Assembly: GCA_016866775.1 (NCBI GenBank)
Contig: VGLJ01000022.1
Span: 480-64,479, forward strand
Reading direction: 5' to 3'
DNA: 64,000 bases
DNA from: Candidatus Rokuibacteriota bacterium
Lineage (GTDB): Bacteria > Methylomirabilota > Methylomirabilia > Rokubacteriales > CSP1-6
The notes below the pieces were generated by a model that was given only the letters and a program-made list of their open reading frames with translations, had not been told where the DNA came from and searched no databases. The position numbers and the translations under genes were made by a program. Positions 8,901 through 18,868 of the stretch are shown here, piece by piece (position 1 is the stretch's first letter; each line of letters opens with the position of its first letter).

Positions 8901-11900
8901 ACGAGCGCCTGCAGACCGTCACCCGGCTGAGTCGCGTCGTGAGCTCGAGCCTCGACGTCGGCCGCGCGCTCAATGCGGTGGCCGAAGCCGTGCGCGAGTC
9001 GTTCGAGGCGCCCGGCGTCATCTTCTGGATGGCCAACGAGCCCGCGCGGAGTCTCGATCTCCGCCTGGCCGTGCCGCCCGACCTCGCCGACGGCCTCGGG
9101 CGGACGTCGATGACGTACGACGAAGGCGTCGGCGGATGGGTGGCGCGCAACCGCCGCCTCTTGACGGTCGAAGTCGCGAAGGACCAGCGGCCCGTCGCGC
9201 GCGACTGGTTCGTCGCGCGCGGGTTCGTCAGCATCCTGAGCGTGCCGGTCATCGGCGACGGCGTCTTCCTCGGCGTGCTCGCGATCCTCGGACGCGCGCC
9301 GTTCACCGACGAGGACACCGCGCTCGCCGAGGCCCTCGCGGCGCACGCGGCCGCGGCGCTCCAGAACGCCGCGATCTTCGCGCGGAGCGAAACGCGCCGG
9401 CACGCGGCGGAGGCACTCGCCGAAGTGGGACGGCTGCTCTCGCAGACGCTGGACCCCGAGACCGTGGGGCGACGCGTGGCGGAGAGCGTCTGCCGGCTCC
9501 TCAGTGCGCGGTCCGCGATCATCTACCGGATCGCGCCCGACGGCAGCTTCGTCGCCGAGACCGTGTCCAGCGCCGCCGACTTCCCGTGGCTCACGCGGTT
9601 CCCCAGCAATCTCGGGATCGCGGGCCTGGCGATGCGCGAGCGGCGGCCCGTCGCGACGTCGGATCTGCTCACGGATCCACGCCTGGAATACGTCGAGGGA
9701 TTCAAGGCCACCGTGGCGCAGAACCCCTACCGCGCGCTGCTCGCCGTGCCGCTCGTCGCGCAGGGCCGCGAGTTCGGCTGCGTGGCCGTCGGCGACCACA
9801 CGGGACGCCACTTCAGTGACGACGACATGCGGCTCACGCAGGCGTTCGCCGACCAGGCGGCGGTCGCGCTCGAGAACGCGCGCCTCTACGGCGAGGCCTC
9901 GCGTCGGGCGAATCGCATGCGCGCGCTCGCCGACGTCGAGCGCCTGCTCTCGGAGACGCTCGACGCCGAGTCGATCACCGAGCGCATCGCGGAGACGCTG
10001 CGCAGCCTGCTCGACGCGCGCACGGCGGTCCTCTATCGTCTCGACGGCGTCGACTTCGTGGTCGCGGCGGTGGCCGGCAATCCCGGGCCGACGTTCCGCA
10101 TCGGCCTGCGCTTCCCGGCCGGCGCCGGGCTCGTGGCGGTCGCCGTGCGAGAGCAGCGCCCGGCGCAGACCCCGAACGTGCTCGAGGACCCGCGGGTGTG
10201 GCTCACGCCCGAGCTGCGCGAGCGACTCGAAGGGGCCACGTATCGGGCGGCGCTCTCGGCGCCGCTCGTCGTCAACGAGCGCGTGATGGGCGCGCTCAGC
10301 GTCGGCGATGCCACGGGGCGCGTGTACGACGACGACGAGGTGCGCGTCGTCCAGGCACTCGCCGACCAGGCGGCACGTGCGCTCGAGAACGCGCGGCTCT
10401 ACGAGGAGACCGACCGGCGGCGCCGGGAGGCGGAAGAGCTCGCGCAGGTCGCGTCGGTCATCAATGCCTCGCTCGACGTGACCACGGTGCTGCCGCGCGT
10501 CCTCGAAGCGGCACGCACGCTGGCCGGCGCGGACGTGAGCCGCCTCGCGCTGCGCGATGCCGCGCGCGACGTGATGGTCTTCCGCTTCGCCGACGGGATG
10601 GCGTACGCGCAGGGCGCGATCGAGCGGGGCAAAGGCCTTGGCGGACTCGCGTGGGTGACGGGACGCTCGATGCGCAGCGACGACCGGCGGAGCGATCCGC
10701 GCGTTGGTCCGGACGCCCTCGACCTGGGCGGCGCCGACGACATCCGCGCGACGATCGTGGTGCCGATCGTCATCGGCGGCCTCGTCGAGGGCCTGCTGTA
10801 CGTCAGCAACGTCTCCGAGCGGGTCTTCGACGCCCACCACGAGGAAGTGCTACAGCGCCTCGCCGACCAGGCCGCGATCGCGATGCACAACGCGCGGCTG
10901 TTCGCCGACGAGCAGGCGGCGCGCGCATCGGCCCAGGCCGCGGCGCAGGCGCTGCGCGAGAGCGAGGCGGTCCTCCAGCGCGCGATGGAGGTCGGCCAGA
11001 TCGGGAGCTGGACCTCGGGCGTCGGCGACGACGTGCCGCTCGAATGGTCGAGCGAGGTGTTCCGGATCTTCGGCGTCGATCCCGCCGACTTCCGCGGCAC
11101 GCGCGACGACTTCCTGCTGCGCGTGCATCCGGACGACGTGACGACGATGCTCGCCGCGCGTGACCGCGCGGTGGCGACCGGGCAGCCGCTGCGGATCGAT
11201 CACCGCATCGTGCGTCCGGACGGGAGCATCCGCTGGGTGCACGAGCGGGCGGACATCCAGGGCGACGCGCAGGGCCGCCCGGCCCGCTTCATCGGGGTGG
11301 TGCAGGACATCACCGAGCGCAAGCAGGCGGAAGCGGCGCTGCAGGCGGCGGAAGAGCAGCTCCGCCAGTCGCAGAAGATGGACGCGATCGGCCGGCTGGC
11401 GGGCGGCGTCGCGCACGACTTCAACAACCCCCTCTCGATCATCACCGGGCGCAGCGAGCTCCTGCTGCGCAAGCGCGAGATCACCGACGTCGTCCGCCGC
11501 GACATCGACCTGATCCACCGGACGGCGGACCGCGCCGCGAGTCTCACGCGCCAGCTCCTGGCGTTCAGCCGCAAGCAGGTGCTGCAGCCGAAGGTGCTCG
11601 ATCTCAACGCCGTCGTCGCGAACATGGGGCGCATGCTCCGCCGCGTGATCGGCGAGGACGTCGAGCTGGTGATCGTCGCGCGGCCCGGCCTCGGCCGCGT
11701 GAACGCGGACCCGGGCCAGATCGAGCAGGTGATCTTGAACCTCGCGGTGAACGCGCGCGACGCGATGCCGGGCGGCGGGCGTCTCACGATCGAGACCGGC
11801 GACGTCGTGCTCGACGCCGAGCACGCGCGGCTGCACGCGGGTGTCCGGCCGGGGCACCACGTCATGCTCGCCGTGACGGACACCGGCGTCGGCATGGAGC

Positions 11901-12538
11901 CGTCGGTCCGCGAGCGGATCTTCGAGCCGTTCTTCACCACCAAGGAGATCGGGCGGGGGACGGGCCTCGGCCTGTCGACCGTGTACGGCATCGTCCAGCA
12001 GAGCGGCGGAACGATCTGGGTCTACAGCGAGCTCGGGCGCGGCTCGACGTTCAAGATCTACCTGCCGGCGGTGGACGAGAGCGTGCAGGAAGCGGACACC
12101 GCGCAGGCTCTCCCGCGCGGCGGCAGCGAGACGGTTCTGCTCTGCGAGGACGAGCCCGACCTCCGCGAGCTCACGCGCGAGGTCCTCGAGGAGTACGGCG
12201 ACCACGTCCTCGAGGCGAGTGACGGCACGGAAGCGCTCGAGGTGATCGCCGACTATCGGGACCGGATCGACCTGCTCCTCACCGACGTCGTGATGCCGCG
12301 CATGAACGGCAGCGAGCTGGCCGCGCGTCTCACGCGCGAGCGCGGCGTGCGCGTGCTGTACATGTCCGGATACACCGAAGTGTCGATGATCCGCGGCGGC
12401 GCCGTGCCGGGCGCCGGATTCCTGCAGAAGCCCTTCAGTCCCGTCGGCCTCGCGCGCGCGGTGCGCGACGTGCTCGACAACGAGGTTTGGGGGGCTCCGG
12501 GCGCCCCCCACGCCCCCTACGCTCCGGCCCCGGAGTGA
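8897..12538 (+). CDS. hybrid sensor histidine kinase/response regulator with multiple GAF domains and a PAS domain
   Basis: ~1,213 aa. About five GAF-like repeats, a PAS domain (IDHRIVRPDGSIRWVHE), HisKA (VAHDFNNPL), HATPase_c (DTGVGM, GTGLGLS) and a C-terminal receiver (LLLTDVVMPRMNGSEL). Confidence 0.85.
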   Translation: MNERLQTVTRLSRVVSSSLDVGRALNAVAEAVRESFEAPGVIFWMANEPARSLDLRLAVPPDLADGLGRTSMTYDEGVGGWVARNRRLLTVEVAKDQRPVARDWFVARGFVSILSVPVIGDGVFLGVLAILGRAPFTDEDTALAEALAAHAAAALQNAAIFARSETRRHAAEALAEVGRLLSQTLDPETVGRRVAESVCRLLSARSAIIYRIAPDGSFVAETVSSAADFPWLTRFPSNLGIAGLAMRERRPVATSDLLTDPRLEYVEGFKATVAQNPYRALLAVPLVAQGREFGCVAVGDHTGRHFSDDDMRLTQAFADQAAVALENARLYGEASRRANRMRALADVERLLSETLDAESITERIAETLRSLLDARTAVLYRLDGVDFVVAAVAGNPGPTFRIGLRFPAGAGLVAVAVREQRPAQTPNVLEDPRVWLTPELRERLEGATYRAALSAPLVVNERVMGALSVGDATGRVYDDDEVRVVQALADQAARALENARLYEETDRRRREAEELAQVASVINASLDVTTVLPRVLEAARTLAGADVSRLALRDAARDVMVFRFADGMAYAQGAIERGKGLGGLAWVTGRSMRSDDRRSDPRVGPDALDLGGADDIRATIVVPIVIGGLVEGLLYVSNVSERVFDAHHEEVLQRLADQAAIAMHNARLFADEQAARASAQAAAQALRESEAVLQRAMEVGQIGSWTSGVGDDVPLEWSSEVFRIFGVDPADFRGTRDDFLLRVHPDDVTTMLAARDRAVATGQPLRIDHRIVRPDGSIRWVHERADIQGDAQGRPARFIGVVQDITERKQAEAALQAAEEQLRQSQKMDAIGRLAGGVAHDFNNPLSIITGRSELLLRKREITDVVRRDIDLIHRTADRAASLTRQLLAFSRKQVLQPKVLDLNAVVANMGRMLRRVIGEDVELVIVARPGLGRVNADPGQIEQVILNLAVNARDAMPGGGRLTIETGDVVLDAEHARLHAGVRPGHHVMLAVTDTGVGMEPSVRERIFEPFFTTKEIGRGTGLGLSTVYGIVQQSGGTIWVYSELGRGSTFKIYLPAVDESVQEADTAQALPRGGSETVLLCEDEPDLRELTREVLEEYGDHVLEASDGTEALEVIADYRDRIDLLLTDVVMPRMNGSELAARLTRERGVRVLYMSGYTEVSMIRGGAVPGAGFLQKPFSPVGLARAVRDVLDNEVWGAPGAPHAPYAPAPE

Positions 12539-12559
12539 ATCCGGGCCCTCCGCGAGTGT
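12489..12559. repeat. GC-rich double-hairpin repeat, family 1, copy B
   Basis: GGGGGGC-TCCGGGC-GCCCCCC, then ACGCCCCCT ACGCTCCGGCCCCGGAGTGAATCCGGGCCCTCCGCGAGTG. It encodes the kinase C-terminal tail and supplies its TGA. Confidence 0.8.
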
Positions 12560-12562
12560 GAG

Positions 12563-12724
12563 TTACGCGGCGTCCTTCTTCTTCCGGGCGGGGATGATCC
12601 AGTCGAGCCACGGCGCGGCCGCGGCCATGAACAGGCCCGGGATCGCCACGCCGGCGATCGTCAGCAGGATCGTCAGGAAGATGAGCGAGATGGCGGTGAT
12701 CGCGAGATCGAGCAGGGCGTTCAT
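12563..12724 (-). CDS. small hydrophobic membrane protein (53 aa); not in the ORF track
   Basis: MNALLDLAITAISLIFLTILLTIAGVAIPGLFMAAAAPWLDWIIPARKKKDAA. The ATG overlaps the RidA stop (ATGA), with GGAGGAG 7 nt upstream. Confidence 0.45.
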   Translation of the reverse strand: MNALLDLAITAISLIFLTILLTIAGVAIPGLFMAAAAPWLDWIIPARKKKDAA

Positions 12725-13188
12725 CGCTCCTCCACTTCCAGGATCATCTCGATCTCGACCGGAATGTTGTTGGGCAGGGAGGCCATGCCCACCGCCGAGC
12801 GCGCGTGCTTGCCGACCGCTTCGCCGAAGACCTCGACCATCAGGTCCGAGAAGCCGTTGATGACCTTCGGCGGATCGGGGAAGTCCTCGGTGCAGTTGAC
12901 CATGCCGAGCACCTTCACCACGCGCGTGACCTTGTCGAGGCTGCCGAGCGCGGCGCGCGTGGTGGCGAGCAGTGCGATGCCGACGTCGCGCGCCGACTGA
13001 TAGCCCTGCTCGACGGTGAGGTCGCGGCCGAGCTTGCCCTTCGTGGGACCTTTCGGCTCGCGCGAGGGGCCGTGGCCGGCGAGATAGAGCAGGTTGCCGG
13101 TGCGAACGGAGGTGACGTAGTTCGCCATCGGCGCGTTCGGCGTCGGCAGCGTGATGTTCTTCGCCTCGAGATTCGCTTCGGCTCCCAT
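12721..13188 (-). CDS. RidA/YjgF/TdcF-family reactive-intermediate deaminase
   Basis: 155 aa with PNAPMANYV, LYLAGHG and the C-terminal ASLPNNIPVEIEMI typical of RidA. Confidence 0.8.
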   Translation of the reverse strand: MGAEANLEAKNITLPTPNAPMANYVTSVRTGNLLYLAGHGPSREPKGPTKGKLGRDLTVEQGYQSARDVGIALLATTRAALGSLDKVTRVVKVLGMVNCTEDFPDPPKVINGFSDLMVEVFGEAVGKHARSAVGMASLPNNIPVEIEMILEVEER

Positions 13189-13239
13189 GTCGGCGTCGGC
13201 CTCCTTCAATATTCGCGCCGATCGTGTCACACTCGGCGC

Positions 13240-14025
13240 GTGTCCGTCAAACCTGTGACCCCGTTGCCGGCCGCGACGCTCGTTCTCCTTCGCGATACGA
13301 AGCCCGGCGTCGAAGTGCTCCTGATGCAGCGTCACCGCGCGAGCAAGTTCGCCGGCGGCGACTACGTGTTCCCCGGCGGGAAGGTCGAGCTGGACGACAA
13401 CCCCGACGACGCCGCCGCGTGGTGCGCGGGGCTCGATCCCGCACGCGTGGCGGCACGCATCGGCCTCGCCGGCGATCCGAAGACCGCGCTCGGCAACTGG
13501 ATCGGCGCGATCCGCGAGACATTCGAGGAAGTGGGCGTGCTGCTCGCGTACGACGCGTCCGGGGCGTGGGCGCGGCTGGACCCCGCCCGCCTCGCGGAGT
13601 ACCAGCAGGCGTGCAACGCGGACAACAAGGCGTTCTGGACGATGGTGAAGGGCCAGCACCTGAAGCTCGCCACCGATCGCCTCGCGTACTTCGCGCACTG
13701 GATCACCCCGGAGGAGTCGCCCTACCGCTACGACACGCGCTTCTTCGCCGCGCCGATGCCCGAGGGCCAGACGCCGGTCGCTGACCCGCGCGAGGTCATC
13801 GACATGCGCTGGCTCTCACCGCGCGGGGCGATCGACGCGTTCAAGCGCGGCGAGATCTCGCTGCGCAATCCCACGGTCCAGAACCTGACGCTCGTCGACG
13901 CCGGCTCGGCGAAGGAGGCGCTCGACACGCTCAAGGACCGCGAGGTCCCCACCATCCGCCCCCGCGTGATCATGCAGGACGGCAAGCGCCGGATTCTCAT
14001 GCCCGGCGACCCCGGATACTTCTGA
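13240..14025 (+). CDS. NUDIX hydrolase
   Basis: Nudix box GNWIGAIRETFEEVGV (GX5EX7REuXEEXGu) and GGDYVFPGGK. GTG start within the track ORF 12805..14025. Confidence 0.75.
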   Translation: MSVKPVTPLPAATLVLLRDTKPGVEVLLMQRHRASKFAGGDYVFPGGKVELDDNPDDAAAWCAGLDPARVAARIGLAGDPKTALGNWIGAIRETFEEVGVLLAYDASGAWARLDPARLAEYQQACNADNKAFWTMVKGQHLKLATDRLAYFAHWITPEESPYRYDTRFFAAPMPEGQTPVADPREVIDMRWLSPRGAIDAFKRGEISLRNPTVQNLTLVDAGSAKEALDTLKDREVPTIRPRVIMQDGKRRILMPGDPGYF

Positions 14026-14029
14026 ACGC

Positions 14030-17000
14030 CTAAGATTCCGCGCGCGCCGGGGTGGGCGCGCGGCGGAAGAGTCGAGTGACGTGAGCGAGCCACGCGCGCG
14101 GCGAGAGCGCGCCGTGGAGATCGTCGAACAGGGAGTAGCGACAGGAACTGGCCGCCGAAGATGACCGCGCCGATCGCGCGGTTGTCGCCCGAGCCCACAC
14201 CGCTCGCCACCAGCATCGGCACCATGCCCGCGACGAACGCGAGGGTCGTCATGAGGATCGGCCGCAGCCGGTCCCGGTTGGCCTGCATGATCGCGTCCAG
14301 GTGTGGGACACCCTGCGCGCGCAGCGCGTTCGTGTGGTCGATCTGCAGGATGGCGTTCTCCTTCACCACGCCGAACAGCACGAGCAGGCCGAGCGCCGTG
14401 TAGATGTTGAGCGACTGGCCGAACATGATGATGGCCAGCAGCGCGAACGGCACGGTGAGCGGCAGCGCGAGCAGGATCGCCACCGGGTGCAGCCACGACT
14501 CGAACTGCGCCGCCAGGATCAGGTACATGAAGACGATCGACAGGAGGAAGGCCAGCAGGAAGTTCGTCGCCGCCTGGCCCATCTCCTTCGATGTCCCCAG
14601 CGTGCCGTGGGAGTACGCCGGGTCGAGGTTGAGCGCCCGCACTTCCTTCTGGATCGCCTCCAGCGCGGTGCCCTGCGCGTGGCCCGGGAGCATGTTGGCC
14701 GTCACCGTCACCTGGCGCCGCCGGCCGAAGCGGTCGACCTGCGACGGCCCCGCCGTCTCGGAGAAGTGCGCGACGTTGTCGAGACTCACCGCGCCCAGAC
14801 GCGCCGACGGCACCGCGATCTGCCGGAGCCCGTCGGCGTCCGTGCGCCAGGAGGGCAGGGCGCGCGCGTGCACCTCGTACTGCTCGCCGCCCTCGTTGCA
14901 GTTCGAGATCTTCTTGCCGCCCACCATCATCTCGAGCGTCGTGGCGACGTCCGCCACCTGGATGCCCAGTTCCGCGGCCTTGGCGCGGTCGAGGTGCACG
15001 GACATCTCCGGCTTGCCGAGCACGAGGCTCGTGTCGATGTCGACGACGCCTTCGGTGCGGGCGAGCGCCGCCGTCAGCCGCTGCGAGTACTCCGCCAGCT
15101 TCTTGAGGTCGGGCCCGCTGACGTAGTAGGCGACCTCCTTGTTCTGGAGGCCGCCGCCGCTGATCGCGCCCACCGGTGACACGCTCACGCGCAGCTGCTC
15201 GCCCGTGAACTTCGGCAGCACGTCCTGCCGGATCGCGTTCATGATCTCGAACTGGCTCGCCTTCCGGTCGTCCACCGGGATCAGCTTCACGAAGATGTTC
15301 GCCAGGTTCGCCGTGCGCCGCTCGTCGTCGCCCACCAGCACGACCGTGGAGCTCACGCCGGCGATCTTCTTGATCTCCCGGCCACGCGCGAGGCGATCAG
15401 CTCCGTCTGCTCCACCGTGGTGCCCTCGGGCGCGCGCATCGACACCGCAAACTGCGACTCGTCGTTCTTCGGCAGGAAGTCCTTGCCCGCCAGCTTGAAG
15501 AGCGGCACGGTCGACACGAGCGAGATCACGCACGCGAGCACGATCACCCACCGGTGCCGCATCGACCAGCCGAGGTGCCGGTCGTAGCCGCGCTCGAGCG
15601 GCCCGAACCACGGCGAGTCCTTGGACGTGTGCTTCGCGTGGCGGTCGATCGAGAGCCAGCGGCTCGCCATCATCGGCGTCAGCGTGAAGGCGACCAGCAG
15701 CGACACGAGGATCGAGAACGCCATCGTGAGGCCGAACGAGTACATGAACTGGCCGACGATGCCGCCCATGAACGCCACGGGCAGGAACACGACGACCAGT
15801 GACAGCGTGGTGGCCAGGACGGCGAGCCCGATCTCGCGCGTGCCCTCGATGGTCGCCTCGAAGGGCCCGAGCCCTTCCTCCTCCATCTTCCGGTAGATGT
15901 TCTCGAGCACGACGATGGCGTCGTCGATGACGATGCCGACCGCGAGCGTGAGCGCCACCAGCGTGAGGATGTTGAGCGTGAAGCCCATCGCCCACATGAG
16001 CGCGAACGTGCTGATGATCGACGCCGGGATCGCGATCGCGGCGATCACCGTCGAGCGCCAGTTCCGGAGGAACGCCAGCACGACGAGCGCGGCGAGGCCG
16101 GCGCCGACGAGCAGGTGCTCCTGCACGCGCGCGACCGCCGCCTTGATGTGCTCGGAGTAGTCGCGGATGACCTCGAGCGTGTAGCCGGCGGGCAGCCGTG
16201 GATGCATCTCCGTGAGCCGCGCGCGGAGCGCGTTCACGACCGCGACCGTGTTGGTGCCGGACTGCCGGCGGATCGCGAGCACGACCGCTGACTTGCCGTC
16301 GACGTTCGCCGCCGTCTCCACCTCTTCGGTGCCGTCCTCGACCACGGCCACCTCGCGCAGGCGAATGTGGACGCCGCCCTTGGCCGCGACCACGATGTCC
16401 TCGAAGTCCCTCACCGCCGGCACGCGGCCTTTCATCCGCACGGTGAGCTCGCGCGGGCCCTGGGCGATGCTGCCGCCCGGGAGCTGGAGGTTCTGCTTCT
16501 CGACGGCCCGCGCCACTTCCGCGGCGGTGAGGTTGTAGGCGCGCAGGGGCGAGGGATCGAGCTGGATGTTGATCTGGCGCGGCCGCCCGCCCACGATCCG
16601 CACGTCGCCCACGCCGGACAGGCCTTCGAGCTCGCGCCGCACGGTCTTGTCGGCGAACTCGCTGATCTCGCGGATCGGCCGGTTCGCGGACACCGCCACG
16701 TAGAGCACGGGCGCCGAGTCGGGATCGACCTTGTCGATGACCGGCTGGTCGATGTCTCTCGGCAGGTCGGGCAGGATCTGGTTGACCTTCGCCTGCACCT
16801 CCTGCTGCGCGACGTCGATGTCCTTCTCCAGCTTGAACTGGATGAACACCTGCGACACGCCCTCCGTCGACACGGAGCGCAGCCCGTCGATGCCCGAGAT
16901 CGTGTTCACCGCGCGCTCGATCTTGTCGGTGATGTCGATCTCGATCTCCTCCGGCGCCGCGCCGGTCTGCCGCGTGGTGACCGACACGCTCGGGAAGTCC

Positions 17001-17122
17001 GCTTTCGGGGACAGGTCGACGCCGAGGCGGAAGTACGAGAACGCCCCGACGACCACGAGCGACAGCACGATCACGCTGCCGAACACCGGGCGCCGGACCG
17101 ACAGCTCCGCGAGCCATTGCAT
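14030..17122 (-). pseudogene. HAE1-family RND efflux transporter (AcrB-like), disrupted by at least two frame breaks
   Basis: The N-terminal two thirds lie in ORF 15353..17122. The rest continues in a different frame (REIKKIAGVSST...). A -1 shift at ~15390 sits in a gcccggg run. A second break near ~14140 falls between FGGQFLSLL and the conserved YSLFDDL end. Confidence 0.7.
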
Positions 17123-17125
17123 GGC

Positions 17126-18342
17126 TCAGCTCCCCTGAGTCGTGACGAACACGCCGTCGCCGAGCTGCGGGACCGGCTTCGCGACGACCTTCTCACCGGC
17201 CACGATGCCGCGCTCGATCTCGACGAACCCCCCGGGCAGCTCACGGCCCAGCTGGACCAGGCGCAGCTCGGCGCGCTCGTTCTTGACGACGAACGCCGTC
17301 GACACGCCCGCTTCGGTCCGCACCGCGGCCGCGGGCACCAGCACGCTGGGCCGCACCGACGGCAGCTCGATGCGCGCGGTCGCGAAGAGGCCGGGCGCGA
17401 GGCGCCCGTCGCGGTTCGGGACCAAAGCTTCGACGACCAGCGCGCGGCTGTCCGTGCGGAGCGACGGCCCCACGTACGCGATGCTGCCCTCGAAGGGCCG
17501 GTCCGGATACGCCTGCACGCGGAACGCGACCTTCTGGCCGCGACGGATGGCGGCGACGCCGGTCTCCGGCACCGCGAGCTCCACGCGCAGCGGGTCGACG
17601 CGCACGAGGGTCGCGATGCGCGCGCCGCGCTGCACGTACTGGCCGGGCTGCACGTGCTTCTCCGCGATCAGCCCGTCCCACGGCGCGCGGACCTCGGCGT
17701 CGTGCGCGGCCTTGCGCGCCATGCTCACGCGGGCGCGCTGGGCCTGCAGCGTCTGGTAGAGCTGGCGCGCCGTGTTGATCTCCGCGTCGTACTGGGCGCG
17801 CGCGGTGAGCGCATCGGCGCGCCGCAGCTCGTACTCCGAGCGCGAGACCATCCCGCCGGCCACGAGCTTGGCGTACCGCTCGTGGTCCGCTTCCGCGCGC
17901 TCCATCGCGGCGCGGGCCCGGCGCGCGTCGGGCGTCTGCGCGGGTCGAACGGAGTCCCGTTCGTGAGCCCGAGCTTGGCCATCGTCTGGCCTTCGGTCGC
18001 CTCGGCTTCGAGGAGCTGGTTCTTCGCGTCCTCGCCGTCGAGCCTGGCGAGTACCGTGCCCGCACGCACGACGCTGCCGCGCTCGACGAGCACCGCCAGC
18101 ACGCGCCCGGCGTTCTCGGCGGCGACCTCGGTCTGCGCGTCGGCCATCAGCGTGCCGGTCACGTCGACGCCGCCGGGCAGCGCGCGCTGCTCGGCGCTCA
18201 CCAGCGTCACCACGATCGGCGCGGCGGGCGCCTCACTCGCGCGCGGCTTGGTCGCTTCCGAGCGGTCGCAGGCGATCTCCGTGACCGCCAGACTGCCGAG
18301 CGTCACCGCGAACAGGATGGATCGCACTCTCGCCGCGTTCAT
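17126..18342 (-). pseudogene. RND efflux membrane-fusion (periplasmic adaptor) protein, disrupted by a -1 frame break
   Basis: The N-terminus (MNAARVRSILFAVTLGSLAV...) is in ORF 17725..18819. The C-terminus (MERAEADHERYAKLVAGG..., HlyD-like) is in ORF 17126..17905. The junction at ~17945 sits in gaccc|gcg. Confidence 0.7.
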
Positions 18343-18581
18343 TCGATCACTCCCTCGCGGTGGGCCGCCGCTACGTTCAGGCGGCAGATCCGGTCGTCCA
18401 GCGCGGTGCACAGCGCTTCCAGGGCCGAGCGGGGCACCCTGCGGAGCGCGTCCAGTTCTTCGGACGTCAGATCGGGCGCGTACGGGACGAATGCGATCCA
18501 CGCGTCCTGGAAGAACTGGCCGCGAAACGTCTCGTCCGTCACCAGCCGCCCGAGTACCCGTTCGACTCCTCGCTGACTCAT
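18339..18581 (-). CDS. small hypothetical protein (80 aa), translationally coupled to the efflux adaptor gene
   Basis: MSQRGVERVLGRLVTDETFRGQFFQDAW... AAGGAG lies 6 nt upstream. The TGA overlaps the membrane-fusion ATG. N-terminal pattern hE..L....DE.FR..FF.D. Confidence 0.5.
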   Translation of the reverse strand: MSQRGVERVLGRLVTDETFRGQFFQDAWIAFVPYAPDLTSEELDALRRVPRSALEALCTALDDRICRLNVAAAHREGVIE

Positions 18582-18590
18582 CGTTTCTCC

Positions 18591-18640
18591 TTGAACATTG
18601 GGGCCCCACAACTGAGGACCCCAATTCCCCTTCTGATGAC
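18591..18640. repeat. GC-rich repeat, family 2, copy 1
   Basis: TTGAACATTGGGGCCCCACAACTGAGGACCCCAATTCCCCTTC, about 90% identical to 62428-62472. It contains the palindrome TGGGGCCCCA and sits on the 5' leader of the 80-aa gene. Confidence 0.75.
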
Positions 18641-18868
18641 GACCGAGGGTCATCGGTGGCAAGGGCCATGCCGCACCGTAAGTACGCGTGAACGCGGGGC
18701 CGACACGTCTGCGTCCGCCGCCGCTGTCCATCGGCGCACAGTGCGGCTGCGCGGAAATAGACAACGTGCACGAAAATCGACAGCCGGCTGTCGGAGGGCG
18801 TCGTAGGAGGTGTATCCAAACCGAGGCGCTGACGATGGCGAGGCTGCGTGGTACGGTGCGCTCAAGTC

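Noticed and set aside
18641-18700. A sigma-54 -24/-12 promoter candidate (TGGCCCTTGCC) upstream of the 80-aa gene
   Set aside because: The GG-to-GC spacing is 5 nt rather than the required 10, and no TGGCAC-N5-TTGCW match was found anywhere by eye.
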